Virus record (IMG/VR): IMGVR_UViG_3300024313_000004
Coordinates: 32,001-96,000 of that record
Length of the DNA: 64,000 nucleotides
Origin: a virus
Direction: 5' to 3' (one strand)
A program made the position numbers and the translations under genes. The notes beneath the pieces were generated by a model, which was given only the letters and a program-made list of their open reading frames with translations, ran no database searches and had not been told where the DNA came from. This document shows positions 1-9,430 of this stretch, piece by piece; position 1 is the stretch's first letter, and every line of letters starts with the position of its first letter.

Positions 1-8
1 AAATATAT

Positions 9-284
9 ATGAAAACTAAAGTAGAAATAAACGGATACGAGATTGAGATCGAAGAGAAAGATGGTCTTATTTCAGTAACAGCAACCTTTGATGACGAAGT
101 AGTTGAAGAATTCCAAATTGAAACGGAAGAAGGTGAAGAAGGTCAAGAGGAAGTTCAAGGATTTGATGAATTCGGTCAAGACGAGGAAGAAGATTTTGGT
201 CAAGACGAGGATGAAGAGTTAGAAGATGAAGAGTTAGATAGTAAATTAGAGTCTTTCCAATCTTTCATCAACAAGAAAAAATAA
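9..284 (+). CDS. Highly acidic hypothetical protein with C-terminal KLESFQSF motif
   Basis: ORF track; E/D-rich low complexity; C-terminal copy of the recurring K-x-F-E-x-F-like motif. Confidence 0.75.
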   Translation: MKTKVEINGYEIEIEEKDGLISVTATFDDEVVEEFQIETEEGEEGQEEVQGFDEFGQDEEEDFGQDEDEELEDEELDSKLESFQSFINKKK

Positions 285-294
285 TATAATTATT

Positions 295-1341
295 ATGATG
301 ATTAAAAAGTTTAATCAATATATTAAAGAAGATAATACAGGGGATAGACATCTCCTGTATTATGCTTTTGACTGGGATGATAATATTTTAAATATGACTA
401 CGGTTATTCACATGGAACACTTAATTGATGGTGAATGGTTACCTGAGGATGTATCAACTTCTAAATTTGCAGAAGTTAGATCTGATAAAGATAACTGGAG
501 AATTTTAGGTAATGATCCTGAACAAGCATTCTCTGAGTTTAGAGATAATGGACCAAGAGGTCAAGTTGCATTTTTAGAAGATGTTAAAGATTCTATTTCA
601 AATAAGAAATTTGGACCGGCTTGGAATGATTTTATTGAGTGTTTAGTAAATGGTTCTCTTTTTTCAATAATAACTGCTAGAGGACATGAATCTGAGGCAA
701 TGAGAACTGGTATTGAGTGGATATTAGATAATGTTTTATCTGAAGAAAGGATTTATGAGATGTATAATAACTTAATGAAGTTTGCTTATCTATTTAAACA
801 TAATAAAGAATTTGATAGAATACTTAAAGAACAACCATCTAAAAATGAATTATTTAAAGTTTATTTAGATAATTGTGATTTTGTTGGTGTTTCTGCACCA
901 TCAAGAGGTGGATCACCATCAAATCCTGAAAAGGCAAAAGAAGATGCACTTTTAATTTTTATTGACCGTGTAGATAAATTTGCATCATCAATAGGATATA
1001 AGGCTAAAGTTGGATTCTCTGATGATGATTTAGGTAATGTTAAACATATTGAAGATTTAACTGATAATATTCATCATGAACAATTTCCAAATCTATTATC
1101 ATTTGTAGTTAAGGGTACAAAAGATCCAGAAAACATAACAAAGAAAGTGAGAACTTTTGATGAATTTAAAGAGAGTCAGGATCCAATGGCGTCTAGTACG
1201 ATATCTATGCAAACTCCAAATGCAGCAATGTCTGGAGAATTAGATAGTAAAGATCCATATATTAAAGGAATGATTACACAATCTAAAAATTTAGCAAAAA
1301 CATCTAGAAAAATATTTGGTAAGAATAAAAAAAAAGATTAG
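295..1341 (+). CDS. HAD-superfamily phosphatase-like protein
   Basis: AFDWDDN (DxDD motif I), ITARG (motif II), FSDDD (motif IV); N-terminal MIKKFNQYIKE signal. Confidence 0.7.
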   Translation: MMIKKFNQYIKEDNTGDRHLLYYAFDWDDNILNMTTVIHMEHLIDGEWLPEDVSTSKFAEVRSDKDNWRILGNDPEQAFSEFRDNGPRGQVAFLEDVKDSISNKKFGPAWNDFIECLVNGSLFSIITARGHESEAMRTGIEWILDNVLSEERIYEMYNNLMKFAYLFKHNKEFDRILKEQPSKNELFKVYLDNCDFVGVSAPSRGGSPSNPEKAKEDALLIFIDRVDKFASSIGYKAKVGFSDDDLGNVKHIEDLTDNIHHEQFPNLLSFVVKGTKDPENITKKVRTFDEFKESQDPMASSTISMQTPNAAMSGELDSKDPYIKGMITQSKNLAKTSRKIFGKNKKKD

Positions 1342-1361
1342 GTAATAGAAATATTACAAAG

Positions 1362-1392
1362 AAAAATCCACCTAAAAAATAGGTGGATTTTT
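1362..1392. terminator. Bidirectional intrinsic terminator
   Basis: AAAAATCCACCTA-AAAAA-TAGGTGGATTTTT perfect inverted repeat with A/T tails. Confidence 0.85.
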
Positions 1393-1406
1393 TTATATAT
1401 AGAAAT

Positions 1407-3245
1407 ATGAGACTAAACAAATACTCCGAATTTATATTAGAAAATAGTAATACTATGATGATATTCTACTCTACTGAGTTTAGGAATATACTAACTAAAA
1501 TTGCATTAAATGATAGTAAAATTTCACCTACACAAACAATTGCTAGAATACTTCTAAGTATTGAAAATAAAGATGATATACAAGATACTTATACTTTGAT
1601 AGATAAAACCGATAAGAATGATATGATTTCATATGTTCAGACAAGTAGATTCTATAGAGAATTTCCAGAAGAAAATCTAAAGAAGTCTGGAGAAACATTT
1701 GTAAAGGGTAGTAAGTTCTGGAAAAGTGGAAGAACTCCACAGTATAGTATAGGAAGATGGGTAAGACACGTCTTTAATGATGTTCGTAAAACTCCTATAA
1801 GAGATAAGGATCTTGAAGAATTTGTAAATGATTACAAATCTACATACGATAAAATGTTAAATGTATCTAAGACTTTTGAAATAGTTAAAGGTGAAGACAT
1901 AAGATATTGGTATTTAGTAGATAATTATGATGAAATTAGGGGACAACTTGGGAGTTCATGTATGAGGTATGAGAAATGTCAACCTTATTTTGATATTTAT
2001 GTTCAAAACCCAGATGTTTGTAGTTTACTTATATTAAAAAATGGTGATAAACTAATAGGAAGAGCTTTATTATGGGTTTTAACCGATGGTAAAAAATTTA
2101 TGGATAGAATCTATACTATAGATGATAGTGATAAAAAATTATTTGAATCATATGGTGATGAGAATGGTTTTTTAAGAGATGGTCGACATGAAGTTAAAGT
2201 AAAAGAAGGAAGATATGATTATTATCCTTATATGGATAATTTTACAAATTATGATTATGAAAAAGGAATATTATCTACTAATATGGATGGTTATAAAATT
2301 TTAATACTACAAAATACAGACGGAAGTGCATCGGATAATGAAGATAGAGTTTGGAGTGATTACCATGGCGAATATATAGATGAGGATGATTCTAGATATT
2401 GTGAGGATATCGATGATTATGTTCATTATGAATGTGCGGTATGGTTAGATTACCTTGGTATATATGTATCGGATAACGCAAGTACCGTATATAGTGAGTA
2501 TACTTCAGATTCCTATTATTCTGAGGATACCGTATATTCTGAATGTATGGAAGATAGTTTACCAATAGAGTTTGTTGATTTAATAGAATTTAAAGTGAGT
2601 GATTCTGGAGACACTGATTATTGTACTAAAGAAATGAAAAAATACTATATGGAAATCGATGGTGTTTATTATTCCAAAAAGAGTTATATAAAGGACCCTT
2701 ACACAGGCGAATATAATTTTAGAGATAAAGTTATTGATGGTAATAGGTATGATAAATCATTAGAATCAAAACTTGAGAGTGAATTTGAAGTGGATGATAA
2801 ATATACACTAAGTGATGGTAGTTTTGATTTTGATAAGTATACAAAGGATCTTAAAGATTTACTTATCAAATACAAACCAAGTAAAGATTTTATTGATAAA
2901 CTTACTACTCCTACTAAATCTGGTGAAATATTGGGTGTGTTAAATGTATCATGTCTTTTACCCGGATTATACGCTTGGATAATTAGAAGTCAAAAAAGTG
3001 GGTCTATAAATGTAAATTACCAAACAAGTGGCGCATTGGCTAATTATAAAAATCAACTTTCTGATATTATATCTGATATGCCGGATGATATTTTTGATGT
3101 TGATAAGAATACAATTACTAGTTTTTATGTCGAGTTATTTAATAATAGATGGCAAAGAAGGAATCTCTTCGAGATATATGATAATATTGATATTAGTACT
3201 TTCCCAACAGAAATATACAAAAGAATTTTACTTTTAAATATATGA
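1407..3245 (+). CDS. PcfJ-like domain protein with acidic Tyr/Cys-rich repeats
   Basis: Start moved to ATG 1407 (MRLNKYSEFILE) because GTG 1383 lies inside the terminator; SCMR...NP...GRALLW...MDRIY motif set resembles PcfJ-like phage proteins. Confidence 0.55.
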   Translation: MRLNKYSEFILENSNTMMIFYSTEFRNILTKIALNDSKISPTQTIARILLSIENKDDIQDTYTLIDKTDKNDMISYVQTSRFYREFPEENLKKSGETFVKGSKFWKSGRTPQYSIGRWVRHVFNDVRKTPIRDKDLEEFVNDYKSTYDKMLNVSKTFEIVKGEDIRYWYLVDNYDEIRGQLGSSCMRYEKCQPYFDIYVQNPDVCSLLILKNGDKLIGRALLWVLTDGKKFMDRIYTIDDSDKKLFESYGDENGFLRDGRHEVKVKEGRYDYYPYMDNFTNYDYEKGILSTNMDGYKILILQNTDGSASDNEDRVWSDYHGEYIDEDDSRYCEDIDDYVHYECAVWLDYLGIYVSDNASTVYSEYTSDSYYSEDTVYSECMEDSLPIEFVDLIEFKVSDSGDTDYCTKEMKKYYMEIDGVYYSKKSYIKDPYTGEYNFRDKVIDGNRYDKSLESKLESEFEVDDKYTLSDGSFDFDKYTKDLKDLLIKYKPSKDFIDKLTTPTKSGEILGVLNVSCLLPGLYAWIIRSQKSGSINVNYQTSGALANYKNQLSDIISDMPDDIFDVDKNTITSFYVELFNNRWQRRNLFEIYDNIDISTFPTEIYKRILLLNI

Positions 3246-3787
3246 ATAATATAAAGACATATGAAGGATTCTTAGATTTCTTCAAAAAGAAACCAAAGAG
3301 TACAGAGCCAGTTTATATGGATGATATAAAAGATTGTGGATATGATATTTTACATGATTCTAAAAATAGAATAGATGCATACATGGATAGAAGACCTGGC
3401 GGGATAAAACATGATTATGATGATATTTTTGGTATCAAGAGAGGAATGGATTCAACACACGATTATGAGGATCTTATGAATGATACTTTGGGACTACCAC
3501 CAAACGTAAGGGATAATAAGATGATTATAGAATTTCGATATTATTTATCAGGTGATAAAGGTATTTCAAAAAATGAAATGTCGGAAATACTTAAAGAATT
3601 TGTTGATAAACTACAGATATTAAATAGTACTGTAAGTTTTTACCTTTCATGGGGTTATGATGAAGGGTATATAGATAATAAAGAATATAAGAATATCGAC
3701 AAGATGATGGATGTTATATACAAAAAGGATAAAACTCCATTGATAGCTATGAAAATAACTGCACCTTCTGATATAATCGTTGATTAA
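3242..3787 (+). CDS. Hypothetical protein (MNNIKTYEGF signal family)
   Basis: ORF overlapping the upstream stop by 4 nt; shared N-terminal motif. Confidence 0.75.
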   Translation: MNNIKTYEGFLDFFKKKPKSTEPVYMDDIKDCGYDILHDSKNRIDAYMDRRPGGIKHDYDDIFGIKRGMDSTHDYEDLMNDTLGLPPNVRDNKMIIEFRYYLSGDKGISKNEMSEILKEFVDKLQILNSTVSFYLSWGYDEGYIDNKEYKNIDKMMDVIYKKDKTPLIAMKITAPSDIIVD

Positions 3788-3827
3788 ATTTTATAAACTT
3801 AGAATGTGATTTTTTATATCATGTTAT

Positions 3828-5018
3828 ATGGATAAGGAATACATAAAGGATTTAGTTCAAAAGATACTCAATAAAGAGTTTGCGAATAAAAACAAAAGAA
3901 AAATAGTTGATTACGTTGATAGATTCAACGTGGCATGTCCTTATTGTGGTGATTCTAAAAACGAATATAAGAAAAGAGGTAACCTTTATTTAAATCGATT
4001 GATGTATGTTTGTTTCAATTGTGATAAGAGGACAAACCTTGATAGGATGTGTAGGGATTTCAACGAAATGGTTGATCCAGATAAGAAACTTGAGATGATT
4101 GAGCATCTTAATAGTGTAATGACATATTCTGATTATGAGACCAATATGTCCGATGCTAAGTTTGAAAATCTTATCGAATTAAGCGAGTTAGAGAGAGTTT
4201 TCTCTGCAAACCTTACTCAGATATCAGATTTCAAACCTATTCAAACCAACGGCGGTATATACAAGTATTTAATAGGTCGTGGAATACCCGAAGAATATCA
4301 TAAAAATATCTATCAAGCAAAATTCTGGAAAAATGAAGATGAAAGTGAATGGATAATTGTTATGTTAAATCGAAGAGATAATAAAGTATTGGGTATGCAA
4401 GTTCGTAACCTAAAAGAAGGAAAACGAAGAATGTTTAAAATTTATAACTATGAAAATCTTTTAGAGTGGATAAATATTGGTAAAGAAGAACCAATCGATA
4501 TTGATATGAATGAGATGGTTATTTATAATAAACTATCATATTATTTTAATATTTTAAATGTTGACTTAGGCAGAACTATAACTATTTTTGAAGGTTATTT
4601 AGATTCTCTTTTTTACCCAAACTCAATAGGATTAGTAGGTGTAAATACTGACTATAGAGTTATTGAAAATAATGGTTTAGATATACAGTATTTTTTCGAT
4701 AATGATGATGCAGGGTTTAATAAAACTGAGGAGAAAATGAAAAGTGGGTACCCTGTTTTTTTATGGAGAAAACTTTTTGAAGATATAGTTGAAAAAAAGA
4801 AGTCACCTGACCCAATGTTACTTTTACATAGAATAAGTAAAGTAAAGGATATAAATAGACTTGCAACATTGGTACCAAATCCATTTAAAACATTAAGGTT
4901 AGATGATTTTTTTAGTAAAGATGTTTTAGACTTAAAATGGATACCAAAAAGGAAGAAATATTCTAAGAAAGAAGATACTGATTATAATCGAAAGTTCAAC
5001 AATATTAAGTATTTATAA
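3828..5018 (+). CDS. DNA primase (T4 gp61-like)
   Basis: Zn finger CPYCGD...CFNC; TOPRIM motifs FEGYLDS and FFDNDDAG. Confidence 0.88.
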   Translation: MDKEYIKDLVQKILNKEFANKNKRKIVDYVDRFNVACPYCGDSKNEYKKRGNLYLNRLMYVCFNCDKRTNLDRMCRDFNEMVDPDKKLEMIEHLNSVMTYSDYETNMSDAKFENLIELSELERVFSANLTQISDFKPIQTNGGIYKYLIGRGIPEEYHKNIYQAKFWKNEDESEWIIVMLNRRDNKVLGMQVRNLKEGKRRMFKIYNYENLLEWINIGKEEPIDIDMNEMVIYNKLSYYFNILNVDLGRTITIFEGYLDSLFYPNSIGLVGVNTDYRVIENNGLDIQYFFDNDDAGFNKTEEKMKSGYPVFLWRKLFEDIVEKKKSPDPMLLLHRISKVKDINRLATLVPNPFKTLRLDDFFSKDVLDLKWIPKRKKYSKKEDTDYNRKFNNIKYL

Positions 5019-5059
5019 ATTTCTTTTCTGTTTTTAATATATAAAAGAAAATATTAAAA

Positions 5060-5365
5060 ATGGAAAAGAAAGTTGAGGTACCTAAAACTGATAAAAAGAA
5101 GTTCTTTTTTGGTTGGAATAATTGTAAATGGTTATTTACAGAGTTATTAAATGTTTATTCTAATAAAAAATCATATTTCTCGAAGAAGAGAGTAGAATCA
5201 GGTATAGCATTTATTATCGCACAATGGGGAATGGTTTTTTTCTTATTAGAAAAACATGTAGATTTATCGATGGGTGAATTCTTATTATGGGCAGCAGCTG
5301 AATTTGCAGTATCTGGTTATATTATAAATAAGATACAAAAAGAGAAAAATAATTTAGAGGAATGA
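5060..5365 (+). CDS. Small two-TM membrane protein, holin-like candidate
   Basis: Two hydrophobic segments (GIAFIIAQWGMVFFLL; FLLWAAAEFAVSGYII), charged termini, 101 aa. Confidence 0.45.
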   Translation: MEKKVEVPKTDKKKFFFGWNNCKWLFTELLNVYSNKKSYFSKKRVESGIAFIIAQWGMVFFLLEKHVDLSMGEFLLWAAAEFAVSGYIINKIQKEKNNLEE

Positions 5366-6276
5366 AATACGGAGTAATCTATATAAAAATATGTCCTAAA
5401 GAAGGAACTCCCGGAGATTGGATAAAGTATTGCCAGATATTATCTGCGACTCCTAAATCGTTTCAGTTAAACGCGAAAGTGATTGCTGATGATATAAACT
5501 CTAGATATTCGGATGATATAGTAATACCTATGGACATAGATGTACATCCTGGATGTACGACAACACCTGAAAGTGTTAAAGAGATTGCGGAAGATATGTA
5601 TAATCAATTTTGTGAGTTAGTAGAAAGACAGGGCATTCCAAATTCTGTAAGATGTGTTTATTCGGTTGGTGAACTTAGAAATGTTAATGTTGATTCTACA
5701 CATCATCTAGGTAATGATAAAATTATGGTGAAATTAGGAAGATTTTTAGATGAATCTGACGAACCGGGTATATTTGAGGTAGATGGAACAGATAGGATAT
5801 TGGAATCTATCGAAGAGATGGAAGAAGATTCTGAAGATATAATGCAGGAGCTTAAAGACGAAGGATTCAAGATCAGCTTTGAAAGAGACACGTCTATTTT
5901 AGGAGTCAAAGATACATTCTTTTCAGTGTTGATTGAGCGACCATATTTTTCTCCTGCGAGAGAGATACCTGGATTACCTTCACCTCCAGGAGGATTATAT
6001 TCTGGCGACATCTTTGCCTGGAAAGAAGTTAAGGGTGCTGTAATAAGGCTGAACGATTGGTATTATTCACATTCCGGTAGAGACTATACTCCTGGAATAA
6101 ACGGTGAGATAAGCAACAAACTTACTAATATGGGAATAAAGGTAGAGACAAAGTCTCCTTTTAGGATGTTTAGCGGAGGAACAGAATTTGGAATAGGATG
6201 GAGCTCTCCAGAGGATTTCGACAGCTTAGGTGATACCATAACTTTCACTAGACTCACTATAGCGATGATGTTATAA
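5362..6276 (+). CDS. Hypothetical two-domain protein (possible degenerate nucleotide-cyclase-like N-terminus)
   Basis: ORF track; 4-nt overlap with upstream gene; 3' half visibly more GC-rich. Confidence 0.6.
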   Translation: MKYGVIYIKICPKEGTPGDWIKYCQILSATPKSFQLNAKVIADDINSRYSDDIVIPMDIDVHPGCTTTPESVKEIAEDMYNQFCELVERQGIPNSVRCVYSVGELRNVNVDSTHHLGNDKIMVKLGRFLDESDEPGIFEVDGTDRILESIEEMEEDSEDIMQELKDEGFKISFERDTSILGVKDTFFSVLIERPYFSPAREIPGLPSPPGGLYSGDIFAWKEVKGAVIRLNDWYYSHSGRDYTPGINGEISNKLTNMGIKVETKSPFRMFSGGTEFGIGWSSPEDFDSLGDTITFTRLTIAMML

Positions 6277-6310
6277 AATATAATATATAAAAAAAAATAA
6301 TATATAAAAA

Positions 6311-6697
6311 ATGAAAAATATTAAGAAATTTGAAAACTTCCAAGAGTCGGATCAAAAAAATATATTTGTATTTAATACAAACAAAGAGTTAAGAGGATTT
6401 GCAGAATGGAATACGCCGGAAGAAACCTTAGAAAGTTTCAAATCTGATCTTTATTTTTTGGGACATGAAGAATATGAGGGTATCTTCGTAGAAGCTAAAG
6501 TTTCGGACAATGATATTATCATATCATTGGATTCTGATTATGGTTGGAGTAATAAAGAGTTAGAAGACTACATTAGTAAGAGAGAGAAAGATTTAGAGAA
6601 GTTCTTTAGAAATGTTCTAACTGAAATTTTAAACGATGATTATATTAAATTATATTCTATTGATGGTGAAAAAATAGATATTAAAAATGTAAAATAA
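6311..6697 (+). CDS. Hypothetical protein (MKNIKKFENF signal family)
   Basis: ORF; TAATATATA at 6281 upstream. Confidence 0.75.
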   Translation: MKNIKKFENFQESDQKNIFVFNTNKELRGFAEWNTPEETLESFKSDLYFLGHEEYEGIFVEAKVSDNDIIISLDSDYGWSNKELEDYISKREKDLEKFFRNVLTEILNDDYIKLYSIDGEKIDIKNVK

Positions 6698-6717
6698 TTC
6701 TACATTTAATAAAACTA

Positions 6718-6747
6718 AAAAAACCACTCATTTTTGAGTGGTTTTTT
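6718..6747. terminator. Bidirectional terminator, CCACTCA/TGAGTGG family
   Basis: AAAAAACCACTCA-TTTT-TGAGTGGTTTTTT between convergent genes. Confidence 0.88.
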
Positions 6748-6761
6748 ATATTTAATTTTTA

Positions 6762-7352
6762 TTAAAACTTTCTTTTGAATGTTCTGTTTTTGTAACTTTT
6801 AGATTCGCCAATTTTTTCAATATCTACTGCTTGTGCTTTAAGTGCTTGTGCTTCAGGATCTAAGCCAGTTTCAGTTTTATCTGGACCTTGTTCGAATTCA
6901 CCTTGAGCTTGAGCTCTTCTTTGTGCTTGAGCTTGAGCTCTTCTTTCTTTTTTACCTTGAGCTTCTTTTTGTGCCTCTGGGTTATTAAGGTAAGCAACAA
7001 CTTTTTCGATATCATCTGTTTTCAAATCAATATCATCAACTCTAAATTTACCAGTTTCTGATGGTTGATCAATTTTATGACCTTCGTAGTTGATTACATT
7101 TCCTGATACCGAAGTACCTAGTAATTCTGCCAATCCTGCTAATCCACCTTCTACTGCATCTAATTCATCACCATATGCTAATGGATTATCCTTTACACCT
7201 GGTTCTTCTGTAGGAATAACAGATGGCCTAGATGGTCTCGGTGTTGACGGAGTTTCTGTTGGTGCTGGAATTGTTTCAGGAGTAACACTTGGTCTTGAAG
7301 GAGTAGGTGCGTTCTCATTTGTTTTTACAAATTGATTATATTTTTTAATCAT
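6762..7352 (-). CDS. Pro/Gln-rich hypothetical protein (MIKKYNQF signal family)
   Basis: ORF; PSRPS repeats; TAATATATA (rc) at 7375-7383. Confidence 0.75.
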   Translation of the reverse strand: MIKKYNQFVKTNENAPTPSRPSVTPETIPAPTETPSTPRPSRPSVIPTEEPGVKDNPLAYGDELDAVEGGLAGLAELLGTSVSGNVINYEGHKIDQPSETGKFRVDDIDLKTDDIEKVVAYLNNPEAQKEAQGKKERRAQAQAQRRAQAQGEFEQGPDKTETGLDPEAQALKAQAVDIEKIGESKSYKNRTFKRKF

Positions 7353-7522
7353 CTTTTTAGACTTATTTTTTTAGTATATATTAAAATATTTTTTCCTTTT
7401 TTACTCTTCTTCACTTGCTTTTGAATGTCGCCAATTATCTTTGACTCTATTTTAGTGTTTCTACTTCTTGTACTATTTTCCCAATTGACTACCCATGAAG
7501 GACTCGAATTTTATTGTCTTCA

Positions 7523-8014
7523 TTATTCTTCGTTTTTATTTTCTAACTCACTGACTACATAGTCAATAAAGCTATCTAGTTCATATTCGTATCCTTCACA
7601 AAAGTCAAAAATGTCAAATTCATCTAAATTAAAAACACTTATAAAATCAGGTATTGTCATTTTAGTATTTGTATTATATATTATCTTACCTTCTAATCTA
7701 CCACTAATACTTTTACCACCCTTTAATATTAAATCGGGACAGTTTAAAATTCCAAAGTAATGTTTTTCATTATTATGGTATTCTATATGGTCAAATTCGA
7801 ATTTGAATAATCCTGAATCATCTTCAAAGAATCGTTCGCTTTCTATTTTATTTAATTCTTGGTGTACGTTTTCTTCACCGCCATATTTGTGTGCATCTAA
7901 GAAATCTTTTTCTAAATTGGAAAGTGACTTAATACCATGTTTTGATATTTTATCTAAAATATCATCGACTCTTTGTGCGGTTGTATATCCTTCGTATCTC
8001 ATCAAGTGTTTCAT
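7523..8014 (-). CDS. Hypothetical protein with DUF6576-like module
   Basis: Start likely MKHLMRYEGY (8014) after rc TAATATATA 8029-8037; VDDILDKISKHGIKSLSNLEKDFLD. Confidence 0.65.
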   Translation of the reverse strand: MKHLMRYEGYTTAQRVDDILDKISKHGIKSLSNLEKDFLDAHKYGGEENVHQELNKIESERFFEDDSGLFKFEFDHIEYHNNEKHYFGILNCPDLILKGGKSISGRLEGKIIYNTNTKMTIPDFISVFNLDEFDIFDFCEGYEYELDSFIDYVVSELENKNEE

Positions 8015-8055
8015 AATTTTCATTGGTTTATATATTATTTTTGAGAAACTTTTTT

Positions 8056-8409
8056 TTATAAAATCGTCGTTTTCCAATTGTTTTGATAATCCGTCTCTAT
8101 AATCTTTTTCTTTACTGCCTCATAAACTGGTATAAGATTACCTGAGGTTTGATATATAGCAATATTATTTTTTTGATATTTTTCTGAATTGAAATCTTCT
8201 GGATCTTTATTATAAAGTATAGAGTCTATTTTATTTTCTCGATCACGAGTCTTTATAACATCAACATAACTATCTATAAAGAATATTATAAAACCATCTT
8301 CTACTTTGTGATTTTTAATCATATCAAAATCTATTCCTTCATAGAAATAAGTGGTTACATCATTTATTTCTATCTTTTCAATCAAAGTCAAATCCATCAA
8401 ATAAATCAT
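8056..8409 (-). CDS. Hypothetical protein
   Basis: ORF; RENKIDSIL motif. Confidence 0.65.
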   Translation of the reverse strand: MIYLMDLTLIEKIEINDVTTYFYEGIDFDMIKNHKVEDGFIIFFIDSYVDVIKTRDRENKIDSILYNKDPEDFNSEKYQKNNIAIYQTSGNLIPVYEAVKKKIIETDYQNNWKTTIL

Positions 8410-8617
8410 CTATTTTTTTATCTCTAAAAGAACCTTTTTGTTTACCTTCAAATTCTTCATCTTTTTCGAATTTATTTTTAAATTCTTCAAATGCTGTTCT
8501 TGATATTTTAGAAAGTGCCATAGCACCGGTTGATATTTTACCTTCATTTAATTTGTCTGTTAGATAACTTACAAACATTGGATATAGTTTTTCATTTTTC
8601 ATAGAATATATATCCAA
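8378..8617 (-). CDS. Hypothetical protein
   Basis: ORF; RDKKIDDLF motif. Confidence 0.65.
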   Translation of the reverse strand: MDIYSMKNEKLYPMFVSYLTDKLNEGKISTGAMALSKISRTAFEEFKNKFEKDEEFEGKQKGSFRDKKIDDLFDGFDFD

Positions 8618-8655
8618 TAAGTACTTTCCGAAAATAATTTATTTATATATACACT

Positions 8656-9387
8656 ATGATAAAAGATTTAAGTTTAGGACCAGTTTTCACAAGTAAGTAT
8701 GGTGATGTGAATTCAATAAATTGGTTGAATGGAATCATCAAAAAGTATATTGCAGAGGTTTATAGACCTTTTGGATATTATTATGGATGTCCTAATAAAG
8801 ACATTGATGTGGATGGTAGAAAAATAAATACAGAATATATTGCGAAGATGGTGAATAATTATACCGTTTTCAAAGGTATAATAGAGAAAGTTGGTATAAC
8901 GACTGAGGAAGAATTTTATGATTATATGACTAATAATTTATTTGATGTGTATAACTACAAAGGTCTTTACTTTGATGAAAAGACTTTACCAATTCTTATA
9001 GCAACCACCAGAAGAGGTAATAAAGGTGAACAAGATTCTTTAATTTTCTTTAAAAATGAATTACTTAAAAAGGGTATTCAATGTGTAATGATATCACCTA
9101 CACCAGAAGAAGATTTATCAGGTATAGATGGTAAATTCATTTGGAATGGTAAAGAATTGACTATACAAGTAAAGCCTTATGATAATATTATGGAGAATGA
9201 TGGTTTAGTGAGTGCGTACTCTCAAGGGTCGTTATCACTTAAAATAGTAGGATCTAGTAAAAATGTAGATTATTTAGTATTATATAAACTAGAAAAAAAT
9301 AGCTTTATTATTGTTCGTTCAAGTAATACTACTGTACAAGGTAATCTATTTAAATTCCCAAAAGATAAGATAATTTCAATGAAATAA
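8656..9387 (+). CDS. PD-(D/E)xK-fold endonuclease-like protein
   Basis: GNKGEQ...EEDLSGIDG...TIQVKP fits the E / D / QxK arrangement of PD-(D/E)xK nucleases. Confidence 0.55.
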   Translation: MIKDLSLGPVFTSKYGDVNSINWLNGIIKKYIAEVYRPFGYYYGCPNKDIDVDGRKINTEYIAKMVNNYTVFKGIIEKVGITTEEEFYDYMTNNLFDVYNYKGLYFDEKTLPILIATTRRGNKGEQDSLIFFKNELLKKGIQCVMISPTPEEDLSGIDGKFIWNGKELTIQVKPYDNIMENDGLVSAYSQGSLSLKIVGSSKNVDYLVLYKLEKNSFIIVRSSNTTVQGNLFKFPKDKIISMK

Positions 9388-9416
9388 AAAAGTCACTCAT
9401 TCTGAGTGACTTTTTT
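9386..9416. terminator. Bidirectional terminator, CACTCA/TGAGTG family
   Basis: AAAAAAGTCACTCA-TTC-TGAGTGACTTTTTT between convergent genes. Confidence 0.88.
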
Positions 9417-9430
9417 ATATTTTCTAAAGT

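Noticed and set aside
7400-7523. tRNA-like TTCGAGTCC on the minus strand, or a 16-aa MKTIKFESF ORF
   Set aside because: No T-stem, acceptor or anticodon arm can be built; the ORF is too short to support, though it may be a decayed tagged gene.
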